A DNA stretch of 46,950 nucleotides from a virus (Duplodnaviria; Caudoviricetes), in IMG/VR virus record IMGVR_UViG_3300032274_000010, positions 1 to 46,950 of that record; one strand, 5' to 3'. A program made the translations under genes and the position numbers. The notes beneath the pieces were generated by a model that did not search any database, had not been told where the DNA came from, and worked only from the letters and a program-made list of their open reading frames with translations. Shown here in pieces: positions 24,808 to 32,790 of the stretch (the stretch's first letter is position 1; the number at the start of each line of letters is the position of its first letter).

Positions 24808-25628
24808 TGCTGCAATGACCCTTGATAAATTGCGTCCGCGAGAATCCTCATTGTTGGCTTGCCCGATTCCTTTGCCCGGTTCCGCGCGATCAGTTCAAGA
24901 CTCGCCTGATCAACGGACAACAGGAAAGACGAAATCGCAAGATCGGACGGGCGGGGGTTGTGATAGGTGCGAGTCCACAACAGGCGGGCAAGGGCGCTGA
25001 TCAGGACGGCCCCGACAGGCGCGCGGCGGGCGTCAATTGCAATCCTGAAAATCCGCCGGACTCCCGCTTTGCCCTTGGCCTTGGCGACCTTGCGGATTGC
25101 CAAGGGGGAAACAGTGTCGCCGATAACATACCGCCCGGCGGGGGGCGGGGCGCGCAAAACCCGACCGCCTGCCAGCGTGACTCCATCCTGTGCCGCGTTG
25201 GCAACGTCGTCGCCTGCCAGCAAGTCGGCGTAAAATATCTGCAAGGAAGTCATGGCAACGCGGTCGCGGTTGAGTCCGACAAAGGCCGCCGCCCGCTGTT
25301 GCGCCGTTTCCGTCGTCACAATGAAACAGGGAATCGCGGGAATGCTGCCATGTGTCGCGGCGGCGGTCGCCAAGTGCTGCCCGTCCAATATCTCGAAATT
25401 CCCGTCGCCGGTCGGCGTCACGGTCGCCGGTCGGACGTGTGTCCAATCAAAGCCCCGGACAAGTGCGCGAATCAGTGTTATTGATCGTTTACCAATCTGC
25501 CGTTGATATTGATCATTCACGCGGAGTCGATCTAGCGGAATCCAATCAAAATCCGGGCGGGGGCCGACGACGGCCCGGTCCTCAATCGCCCCTTGCAGGC
25601 GTGTAATCTTGCGCATTGTGTCCGCCAT
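24804..25628 (-). CDS. ParB/Srx-like protein (DUF6551-like)
   Basis: L.V...YQR...FDW...ILDGQH...A..FV.LN..R..M..LQIF.A. Confidence 0.8.
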   Translation of the reverse strand: MADTMRKITRLQGAIEDRAVVGPRPDFDWIPLDRLRVNDQYQRQIGKRSITLIRALVRGFDWTHVRPATVTPTGDGNFEILDGQHLATAAATHGSIPAIPCFIVTTETAQQRAAAFVGLNRDRVAMTSLQIFYADLLAGDDVANAAQDGVTLAGGRVLRAPPPAGRYVIGDTVSPLAIRKVAKAKGKAGVRRIFRIAIDARRAPVGAVLISALARLLWTRTYHNPRPSDLAISSFLLSVDQASLELIARNRAKESGKPTMRILADAIYQGSLQQ

Positions 25629-25891
25629 TATGAGTCCCTCCGGGTTGGATCGACGCCGTCTCGGCAAAACCGGACGGCGCGCGATATGCTGTTCTTCATT
25701 GTGCTGGCCTTGGGGGCCTTGCCGCCGCGCGACATGGGGATCGTTATCGACCGGCCCGACGGTCGGGCGACAATCAATCGCAAGTGCCGACTCCCCGACG
25801 CGCCAATCGTCACGGTCGCGCCGTAATCTTGGACGGCGGCGGACAGGCGGGCGATATAATCCCGAATCGCCTTTGTCATACGTTCAGACAT
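25628..25891 (-). CDS. Small basic protein, possibly HicA-like
   Basis: G...GSRH..L...G..ITIP...T.KN pattern. Confidence 0.45.
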   Translation of the reverse strand: MSERMTKAIRDYIARLSAAVQDYGATVTIGASGSRHLRLIVARPSGRSITIPMSRGGKAPKASTMKNSISRAVRFCRDGVDPTRRDS

Positions 25892-26078
25892 TGGCCGCCC
25901 GCCCTATTGCCCGGACCTTGTAATCGCGCGGGGCGTTGCCCCCGGCCCTGTCGGCGTCCTGCAAACGACGGATCGCCCCGGCAACAGACGACGCGACAAC
26001 CCGGCGGCCTTTCAATAGCGTTGCGCGCCCGCTGCCGGTATGCCGGACGAAAACCGCGTATGTCCGCGCGCCCGTCAC
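25884..26078 (-). CDS. Hypothetical protein
   Basis: GTGA coupling; GGGGAG RBS. Confidence 0.6.
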   Translation of the reverse strand: MTGARTYAVFVRHTGSGRATLLKGRRVVASSVAGAIRRLQDADRAGGNAPRDYKVRAIGRAANV

Positions 26079-26422
26079 TTCTCCCCCCCAAAGGTCGCGC
26101 CGTTTATCGTGATCCGGCGGCCCTGTCGGAGCGTGTTTTCCATAAGTTCAATTAAGGCATGTTGGGGCGGGGGCATATCGGCGGCCCTGATCGCCCGGCG
26201 GGCTTCCGCGCGGCAACAGGCGGCCCGGTCTAACCATATCGCGGCGAGTTTGTGATCGCCCGGCCTGTCCCTGATCCATGTCCGGGCCGTCAAAACGGCA
26301 GACCATGCCGCCTTAAAATACCACTCCCGCGAATATCGACGGATTGACGGTCGCGGGCGCTGTTGTGCCGGGGGGTGCAATCCGTAACGGTCCCGGATCG
26401 CGGACTCTTGTTCCTGTGTCAT
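26075..26422 (-). CDS. Hypothetical protein
   Basis: Start MTQEQE after GGAAAGGG; the TTG at 26479 is a -35 box. Confidence 0.65.
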   Translation of the reverse strand: MTQEQESAIRDRYGLHPPAQQRPRPSIRRYSREWYFKAAWSAVLTARTWIRDRPGDHKLAAIWLDRAACCRAEARRAIRAADMPPPQHALIELMENTLRQGRRITINGATFGGEK

Positions 26423-26450
26423 TGCCTGCCCTTTCCATTTGCAGGCCGAC

Positions 26451-26485
26451 AGGCTAGGGCCGGGGGGCCGTGCCGTCAAGTCCGG
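26451..26485 (-). promoter_or_regulatory. Sigma70-like promoter, GC-spacer class
   Basis: TTGACGGCACGGCCCCCCGGCCCTAGCCT. Confidence 0.7.
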
Positions 26486-26745
26486 CGGCGGGCTTTACGT
26501 CCACGGAGGGCGCGCCATTTATCGGAGTCGATTGACGGGTCCAAAGACGCCGGACGATGCCCCAAGATATAAAGTTCCAGAAGGAACCGTCGCGGCGGCG
26601 TCAAGGGGCGGTCGTTGGCCTTGACCTTGCGGACAGATCGGGCCGGGTCTTTTTGAAACCCGAGGGCGGTCCCAAGTTGCCCGAATGTCAAACCTAGCGT
26701 TTCGGCGGCGGTGTTTAACAGGTCGGCGTTAGATTTGTGAGTCAT
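26476..26745 (-). CDS. XRE/Cro-like HTH protein
   Basis: LGLTFGQLGTALG...RSVRK...L.LY. Confidence 0.6.
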   Translation of the reverse strand: MTHKSNADLLNTAAETLGLTFGQLGTALGFQKDPARSVRKVKANDRPLTPPRRFLLELYILGHRPASLDPSIDSDKWRALRGRKARRRT

Positions 26746-26747
26746 GA

Positions 26748-27296
26748 TCAGGCCCCCGGATTCAAGACGACATGCCGATCCGACCGGCGCGCAAGGCGTA
26801 GATGAATCAGACCGGACGCCGCGTCCCGGCGGGCGGGGTCTTGCTGCAATGATTTAACTGAAAGCCGCTGATCCTCGGCGGCCCGCAACAGAATCAAAAC
26901 CGCGCGCTCGACGTTCGTTAAATACGGCTCCGACTGGATCACGGTCCAATGATCGACAAAATGCGTCCGCCCGCTGAAAGTGCCGTCGTCTATATTGCGA
27001 CGCATGACTCGCAACTTGGGGCGGACAGCGGGATCGAAACCCCCGTCCGGATTGGGGCCGAACCCGACAACGCGGGCCTCCCCCGGTTCAACTAGATTCT
27101 TCGCCCCGATCTTGATCAGGGAGCCAATCTGGACTCCATAGGCGGCGGCGGTGTGTCGCATTTGCAGGCGCGCCAATGCCAACCCGGCCCGGCGTATGTC
27201 GTCGCCCGACTTGTCGATCTGTTTTTCAAGCGTCTTGGCTTCTGCCGCATACGCGGCGCAAAGGTCGGACAGATTTTCGGACTGTGTCTTTTCCAT
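26748..27296 (-). CDS. Hypothetical protein
   Basis: Start MEKTQS immediately after a TTGAC promoter (27305-27331), so possibly near-leaderless. Confidence 0.6.
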   Translation of the reverse strand: MEKTQSENLSDLCAAYAAEAKTLEKQIDKSGDDIRRAGLALARLQMRHTAAAYGVQIGSLIKIGAKNLVEPGEARVVGFGPNPDGGFDPAVRPKLRVMRRNIDDGTFSGRTHFVDHWTVIQSEPYLTNVERAVLILLRAAEDQRLSVKSLQQDPARRDAASGLIHLRLARRSDRHVVLNPGA

Positions 27297-27327
27297 CCCC
27301 AACGCATAGGCCCGGCGGGCCGGGCGG

Positions 27328-27567
27328 TCAAGCCTTGGGGGCTTTGCGCCCGTCTGTGATCGGGGATAACTCCGCCGCGAAAATTGCAATTGCAAGGGCG
27401 GCAACAGGCCAACAGACGACGGCGAGTCCGGTCTTGATATAAACGACCGCGACTTCGATCCGCGTTCCCTGCCCCCATAGGCGGGGCGTATGCGATGCCA
27501 TGCCGACTCGCAACGTCGCGGCGGCCCCGATCAAATACAGGACGACGGCGGCGATTGTGCCGATCAT
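27328..27567 (-). CDS. Two-TM membrane protein
   Basis: Two hydrophobic stretches; ATGA coupling. Confidence 0.65.
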   Translation of the reverse strand: MIGTIAAVVLYLIGAAATLRVGMASHTPRLWGQGTRIEVAVVYIKTGLAVVCWPVAALAIAIFAAELSPITDGRKAPKA

Positions 27568-27890
27568 CGCCCGACCGCCGGGTCGGGCGGCATGTTGTCA
27601 GGGTATCCGGTCGGGCGGGTCTGATCGTATGGATCAGGGCAAACAAAACCGGGATTCGCGATCATAACGCGACTACACCAAACCGACATATCTATCCGCT
27701 TCCAGTTTTCCGGGCTGTTTTGGATTTCTGCAATCCGGGCGTCGATTGCGTAGAGCAAAAACAACGTGTGAACAGCAAAAAGACTCACGGCCCCGACCGC
27801 CCCGATCAGGGCAGACAATCGCCAAGCGGGCGGGTCTTGAAGCCTCAAGACTGGAATATCAAAATGATCGGAGTCCTGTTTTTTATCCAT
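27564..27890 (-). CDS. Single-pass membrane protein with C-terminal two-Cys domain
   Basis: TM LSALIGAVGAVSLFAVHTLFLLYAI, then WC...CPDP; overlaps the PAS gene. Confidence 0.7.
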   Translation of the reverse strand: MDKKQDSDHFDIPVLRLQDPPAWRLSALIGAVGAVSLFAVHTLFLLYAIDARIAEIQNSPENWKRIDMSVWCSRVMIANPGFVCPDPYDQTRPTGYPDNMPPDPAVGR

Positions 27891-28401
27891 TAGGCGCGCC
27901 CCGTCCAATCTGTCGGATCACTTCTGCAACAATCAAACCGATTGCCGTCGTCCCGGAGGCCACAATCGGCCAATTGTCGCGGAGCCAACGCAAAGGGTTT
28001 GCCCCGGTGTGTTTAATCTTTGTTTCCCGTCGAGGCAAATGGACTCGCATGACGGGCCGACATTGCACGGCGTAATGACTAAATAAACCGCCCTTAAAAA
28101 CGCCTTCGACATAAATCTCGGCCCAAAGCAATTCCTCTGTTTTCGTCCAATATCGCTTTGTCATTGGATAAGCGGAGATCTCACCCTCCCGGACCTGCCG
28201 GGCCTGCTCCACGTCGACTTGCACGTCTGCCGGGTGTGTTATGTCTTGGAAAGACAATCGGCCTTCAATCTCGAACCGCGAATAACCGAGCATTTCCGCA
28301 TATCGTTCGTTCAAGGAAATGAAAACGCCGTCGGCCCCTATTTCCGCGATTCCTATATAGCACTTCCCGAACGCGACCGCCTGCAATGTTTCGTGTCTCA
28401 T
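27883..28401 (-). CDS. PAS-domain protein with C-terminal TM helix
   Basis: GIA....DG.F...N.RY.EMLGYS..E..G...FQDITHP.D...Y...KRY..K....W; TM WPIVASGTTAIGLIVAEVI. Confidence 0.88.
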   Translation of the reverse strand: MRHETLQAVAFGKCYIGIAEIGADGVFISLNERYAEMLGYSRFEIEGRLSFQDITHPADVQVDVEQARQVREGEISAYPMTKRYWTKTEELLWAEIYVEGVFKGGLFSHYAVQCRPVMRVHLPRRETKIKHTGANPLRWLRDNWPIVASGTTAIGLIVAEVIRQIGRGAPNG

Positions 28402-28407
28402 GTCGGG

Positions 28408-28510
28408 TTATCCACGTTATCCACGTTATCCACTCTTACAACTTAAAAAGGATTTTATGATTGTTGTAAATTGTTGGGCCTGTGAGTTGCGTTGATAACA
28501 GGGATAACTT
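28408..28510. promoter_or_regulatory. Candidate replication origin: DnaA-box arrays flanking an AT-rich core
   Basis: Plus strand: TTATCCACG, TTATCCACG, TTATCCACT in tandem (28408-28434). AT-rich core 28435-28475. Minus strand: TTATCCCTG and TTATCAACG in tandem (about 28490-28508). Confidence 0.65.
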
Positions 28511-28515
28511 GAAAA

Positions 28516-29325
28516 TCAGATCAGCGGAAGAGTCGGCCTGTCGTTTGCAAACAATGGACCGGCGGACAAAGCGTCGTCAATCCGTCGGCAGGCCGCCCCA
28601 AAATGTCGCGGATCAATCTCCGACCCGATAAACCGGCGGCCTATACGCAACGCCCCAAGGGCCGCCGCCCCGGTCCCCGTAAACGGATCAAAGATCAGTT
28701 CGCCGGGCGTCGTTATGTCGCCGATCCATTGGGCAAACAATCCGACGGGCTTTTCGGTCGGGTGATCTGTCGCGGACTTGAATCCGTGAATCGAGGTGAT
28801 TTGATCGGCCCCCGGTTTGTTTATAACCGGGCGACTTTTCCCCGCGTATCCATAGAGCGCAAACTCTGCCCCCGCCATGATCCAACGATTAGGCGTTTTC
28901 GATTGTCTTGCCCAAACTAGCAGGCGGTGAAATCGGACGGCATTTTCGGCCGCCGCGTTTAACAGGTCGCGGAGATTGCGGTCGTTGGACATGATCACAA
29001 GATCAGAGTCGGGCTGTAATGCGGGCAGGGCGGCCCTGATCCATGTCGTGAACGCGAGGTCCGTCCCGGCGACGATCTTGCCGTCGTTGGCATACCTTTC
29101 GGCGCTGAACTTGCCCCCCATAGACTTGGGATCGGCAGATCGCCCGCCGGTCGTCAACGGATAGGGCGGATCACTAAAAAGTGACCGGGGCCGATCTGCC
29201 GGGTCGCAATCTGCCAGCATGTCGAACAGGTCAAAGCATGAGCCAAGATAAAGACGGGCGACGACTTGTCCGCCGACGGTCCACGTCTGGAATCCCGCCG
29301 AGTCTAGTTTACGACGCGCCAACAT
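28516..29325 (-). CDS. Beta-class N6A/N4C DNA methyltransferase
   Basis: DPPY...HPTEKP...IFDPFTGTG...R.FIGSEID, in beta-class motif order. Confidence 0.92.
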   Translation of the reverse strand: MLARRKLDSAGFQTWTVGGQVVARLYLGSCFDLFDMLADCDPADRPRSLFSDPPYPLTTGGRSADPKSMGGKFSAERYANDGKIVAGTDLAFTTWIRAALPALQPDSDLVIMSNDRNLRDLLNAAAENAVRFHRLLVWARQSKTPNRWIMAGAEFALYGYAGKSRPVINKPGADQITSIHGFKSATDHPTEKPVGLFAQWIGDITTPGELIFDPFTGTGAAALGALRIGRRFIGSEIDPRHFGAACRRIDDALSAGPLFANDRPTLPLI

Positions 29326-29663
29326 ATAGACCCCCGCGCTAATCCAAGTTCCGACTCGCCCCGGCGACCTGTGTCCTCAATTAACCCATTTCGCGCAAGT
29401 TCTGTGACGCGGGGCCGGATTTGCAAAATGTTCAATTTCCGGCGCGTCATAATCGACGCCTTGCCCCGTATCTCCTCCGGCGTTAAACCCCCCGGCCCTG
29501 CCGCGCGCAAGACCTGCAAAACGATTTCCCGCATTGGCGGGGCCTTGGCCTTGACTGATTCCGCCGCCCGCTTGGACGTGTCCCGCCGTCTGTGTCCCGG
29601 CGTGTCTGGATATTGCGGCGGCGGGGTCGCGCCGAATAAGTCCCGCTGATCTGTGTCCGTCAT
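29304..29663 (-). CDS. Winged-helix DNA-binding protein
   Basis: DTS..AA.SV...GLT.EE...IRPRVTEL...G.I.DTG.R; GGAAAGGG RBS. Confidence 0.75.
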   Translation of the reverse strand: MTDTDQRDLFGATPPPQYPDTPGHRRRDTSKRAAESVKAKAPPMREIVLQVLRAAGPGGLTPEEIRGKASIMTRRKLNILQIRPRVTELARNGLIEDTGRRGESELGLARGSICWRVVN

Positions 29664-29691
29664 TGCATTCCCTTTCCGTGTTGCGTTGACG

Positions 29692-29727
29692 TGTTGACCT
29701 AGCGGCCCCCCGGCCCTATTGTCAAGA
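29692..29727. promoter_or_regulatory. Overlapping divergent sigma70-like promoters
   Basis: Plus: TTGACC-N17-TATTGT. Minus: TTGACA-N17-TAGGTC. They sit at the strand switch. Confidence 0.75.
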
Positions 29728-29762
29728 CTTCCAGTGAATGCCGACAGGAAAGGAAACCGGCA

Positions 29763-30326
29763 ATGACAGACCAAACCAAAACAGACGCGCGGCGGCAATC
29801 TGCCGAGGCGCAAACGGCGGAACGCGAGATTGCGGCGGTCCGCGATCTTTTAGAATCCCTTGGGGCCTTGGCCGCCGACGACGACGAACTCCGGATCGAC
29901 GTTATTGAGGGCGAGACGGGCCTGTTAGAGATTTTCGGCAAACTGATCGAATCCAGTGATGAAGATCAAATGCTGATCGACGGGATCAAGGCCCGACAGG
30001 GCGACCTTGCGGCCCGGTCAAAACGCCTTGCGGGCCGGGTGGAAATGCGGCGGGCGCTGATTGAAAAAGGGCTGTCGATCGCCAACCTCAAAACCGTGAC
30101 TCTCCCAACTGCAACGATTACGTTGTCCCGCCGCCCGGCGTCCCTTGTGATAAACGAGGAGGCGGAAATCCCGTCCCAATACTTCAAGCCCGGCAAGCCA
30201 ACGCTCGACAAAAAAGCGTTGCTCGACGATCTGAAAGCCAAGGCCGACGACGACGATCAGGGCGACCCGATCCCCGGCGCGTGTCTGTCCAATGGCGGGC
30301 AGTCCGTCACAATCCGCCGCAAATAG
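29763..30326 (+). CDS. Siphovirus Gp157-like protein
   Basis: D.IEGET.L.E; coiled coil; I..E..IP..YF....P.LDKK.L...LK...IPGA.LSNG..S.TIR.K. Confidence 0.85.
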   Translation: MTDQTKTDARRQSAEAQTAEREIAAVRDLLESLGALAADDDELRIDVIEGETGLLEIFGKLIESSDEDQMLIDGIKARQGDLAARSKRLAGRVEMRRALIEKGLSIANLKTVTLPTATITLSRRPASLVINEEAEIPSQYFKPGKPTLDKKALLDDLKAKADDDDQGDPIPGACLSNGGQSVTIRRK

Positions 30327-30337
30327 GGGGCCGCGAT

Positions 30338-31309
30338 ATGTCTTCCAAGGCCGTAACATTTAACGCCGTTGCCGCGTCCGGCATGTCCGACCGGCAACTG
30401 CGCCTGATCCGCAACACGGTTGCGACAGATTGCAACAATGACGAGTTCGAGTTGTTCATTGAAATTGCCCGATCCAAGGGCCTCGATCCGTTTAGTCGGC
30501 AGATATTGCCGCTCGTGTTTGGCAAAGACAAACCAAAGAAGCGACGAATGTCGATAGTGTTCGGGATCGACGGACTCCGCACGTTGGCGGCCCGGTCGGG
30601 GGACTATCGCCCCGATCCGGACGAACCCGCGTTTGAGTATGATCAGGCGCAAAAAGACCCGATTCTTAATCCCCTTGGAATCGTTAAGGCAACGGTCCGC
30701 GTTTACAAACAAGACTCGCGCGGCGATTGGTATCCCGTCACGGGCGTTGCGTATTGGGACGAGTTTGCCCCGCTAAAAGACGAGTGGGCCTATAGCGAAC
30801 AACACGGCAAAGACCGCCCGACCGGCAAAAAGACCTTGGACACGTCCGGGCAATGGGGAAAAATGCCCCGCGTTATGCTGTCAAAATGTGCCGAGGCCCA
30901 AGCATTGCGGCGGGCATGGCCGGAGACGGTCGGGGGGCTTTATGAGCCAAGCGAACTTGATCAGGCCCGCGCGGTTGAATCTGCCGACGTGTCGCCCGTG
31001 ACGGCAATCGAAAAACTCAATGCGTCGGATCGGGCGAAGGTCGTCGGGGGGCGGGCGATTAGTTTTGTTTTTGATCCCCAAGGCGACTTATCCGCGATTC
31101 CGTTGGGCAAGATTCACGACCGCCTTGTTGAGTATATCCGGGACTCCGGGGTCGCGGCAAAGCTGGAATGGTTTGCCAAGGCCAACCGCGACAGCCTGAA
31201 TCAGTATTGGGCCGAAGATGCGGCGGGGTGTCTTGACATTAAAACCATGATTGAAACCCGGATCGCGGAGTTGCGGATCGTGGATCAGGACGCGGAGTCG
31301 GTTGCATGA
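30338..31309 (+). CDS. bet: RecT/Red-beta single-strand annealing protein
   Basis: GLDPFSRQI...GIDGLR.LA.RSG.Y...W.KMP..ML.KCAEAQALRRAWP...GLY..E. Confidence 0.92.
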   Translation: MSSKAVTFNAVAASGMSDRQLRLIRNTVATDCNNDEFELFIEIARSKGLDPFSRQILPLVFGKDKPKKRRMSIVFGIDGLRTLAARSGDYRPDPDEPAFEYDQAQKDPILNPLGIVKATVRVYKQDSRGDWYPVTGVAYWDEFAPLKDEWAYSEQHGKDRPTGKKTLDTSGQWGKMPRVMLSKCAEAQALRRAWPETVGGLYEPSELDQARAVESADVSPVTAIEKLNASDRAKVVGGRAISFVFDPQGDLSAIPLGKIHDRLVEYIRDSGVAAKLEWFAKANRDSLNQYWAEDAAGCLDIKTMIETRIAELRIVDQDAESVA

Positions 31310-31551
31310 GCGACGGATTTGCAGACTGCCCGGCGTGTGACGGGGGCGGGGCAACGGTTGAAGCCGAGCCCGTCTGTTGCGGTCGGGTTGATCGTCACGG
31401 GGCCTGTTGGGGCGATTGTGCGAACTATGTCGAGCGGCAAACGCCTTGCGTAGATTGCGGCGGGGAGGGGCGCGTCCCTGCCCCGCCTAACCCCTATCCG
31501 GACGGCATGAGCAGGCCGGACGGGACTCGGCAAGGAGATCGAAATGTCTGA
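31306..31551 (+). CDS. CxxCxGxG zinc-finger protein
   Basis: CPACDGGG and CVDCGGEG; ATGA coupling. Confidence 0.7.
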   Translation: MSDGFADCPACDGGGATVEAEPVCCGRVDRHGACWGDCANYVERQTPCVDCGGEGRVPAPPNPYPDGMSRPDGTRQGDRNV

Positions 31552-31840
31552 TTGTCAAAATATGGACAAGACCGTCGCCGCATTTGAGCGTTTGTTGTCG
31601 TTGCATAATCTGCCGGGGGAAGACCCGGTCGCGGGGTTTGATCGCCGTGCAATGGCATTCTATGCCGAAACGGGCATTTGGCCGCCGGGGAAGTCGCAAC
31701 CGCTGGAAATGGAAATGTGCGACTCGTTGACTGATCGCGAACGAATGCAACGGTTCAACAATTGGCGGGATTCAATTTTGGACGACGCGCGGCAGGCCAT
31801 AGCGCGACACAAGGGGGCCGACAATGCGTCCGCTAACTGA
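31544..31840 (+). CDS. Hypothetical protein
   Basis: AGGAG RBS; overlapping chain. Confidence 0.7.
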   Translation: MSDCQNMDKTVAAFERLLSLHNLPGEDPVAGFDRRAMAFYAETGIWPPGKSQPLEMEMCDSLTDRERMQRFNNWRDSILDDARQAIARHKGADNASAN

Positions 31841-32213
31841 TCGCGATATTGAAACCCTGATTGAATTGGAAGCGTCGATCCGGGCGTCCCGCCGGTATAA
31901 TAACGGCTTCTCAAAACCGTTGGACATTGGCGGGACAAACGGCTCGCACCATAGCCAAACCTTGCGGAAATTGGCAGATCGGGGGCTTGCTGTCCGGCGC
32001 AAGCATGGCGGCCCCCGCGAGCGCGGGTCTTGTCTTTACGGGATCACGGAGGCGGGGAAGGAAGTTGTTGGACTTGTCACGATTGCCCGGCGATATAATC
32101 GCATGACAGGCGAGCCGATGATCCTGCCCCCGACCATTGCCGCCAAGATCAGGGCCGCCGGTATATGGCGGGACGATCTGTTCGTCGAAAACAAGCCCCT
32201 GCCGCTGTCGTGA
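31824..32213 (+). CDS. Possible winged-helix protein
   Basis: TLRKL.DRGL...Y.ITEAG. Confidence 0.55.
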   Translation: MRPLTDRDIETLIELEASIRASRRYNNGFSKPLDIGGTNGSHHSQTLRKLADRGLAVRRKHGGPRERGSCLYGITEAGKEVVGLVTIARRYNRMTGEPMILPPTIAAKIRAAGIWRDDLFVENKPLPLS

Positions 32214-32398
32214 CATATCGGGGGAGTCGTCCTGATCCGCCTCCTTATAGCGCGACAGACGCCGACAGGCGCGCCGATTTTATTGAAGCGACTTACAAGC
32301 CCCGACACGGGTCGCCTTATCACTTGGACGTTATCACGTTGCGAGTCTATGCCGATTTGCAACGGGCCGCCGACAAGGCCGGGCGGGCGGGCAGTTGA
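32210..32398 (+). CDS. Hypothetical protein
   Basis: GTGA and TTGA coupling at both ends. Confidence 0.5.
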   Translation: MTYRGSRPDPPPYSATDADRRADFIEATYKPRHGSPYHLDVITLRVYADLQRAADKAGRAGS

Positions 32399-32790
32399 AA
32401 AGCCCCGATCAGACGATTACGGTCCCCCGGATGCAATGCGACGTTTTCGATCATGTGACGCGGCAAACGCTCGAATCCGCCCGGATTGATCCGGCGGGGC
32501 TGTCGTTGCCCGTGATTGCCGCCGCCCTGATCCGGCCCCTGTCCAATGCGTCCGGCAATTATGTCGGACGACAGGCCGCCCGGTGTCTCTTGTCCGCCTG
32601 TTGCGTCCTGTCCTTCCCCCCCGCCCGTGTCCCGCGTTGGGATCGGACCTTTGACGCGATCCAAGGCGATCAGGCGGTCCGGCAGATCGCGGCAGGCGGT
32701 CGGCAGATCAACGAGGCGCAAGGCGATCCGGGGGCCGCTGTCGCGTATTTTGTGGACATGATTCCCCTGCCGGGGCGGGCGGCCCTGTGA
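32395..32790 (+). CDS. Hypothetical protein
   Basis: Coupled at both ends. Confidence 0.55.
   Translation: MKSPDQTITVPRMQCDVFDHVTRQTLESARIDPAGLSLPVIAAALIRPLSNASGNYVGRQAARCLLSACCVLSFPPARVPRWDRTFDAIQGDQAVRQIAAGGRQINEAQGDPGAAVAYFVDMIPLPGRAAL

Noticed and set aside
28443-28457. CtrA box (TTAA-N7-TTTA) in the AT-rich core
   Set aside because: It has a mismatch and is expected by chance in AT-rich DNA.
28516-29325. Naming the MTase ccrM
   Set aside because: Beta-class motifs are shared, but it lacks the CcrM C-terminal extension and its specificity is unknown.
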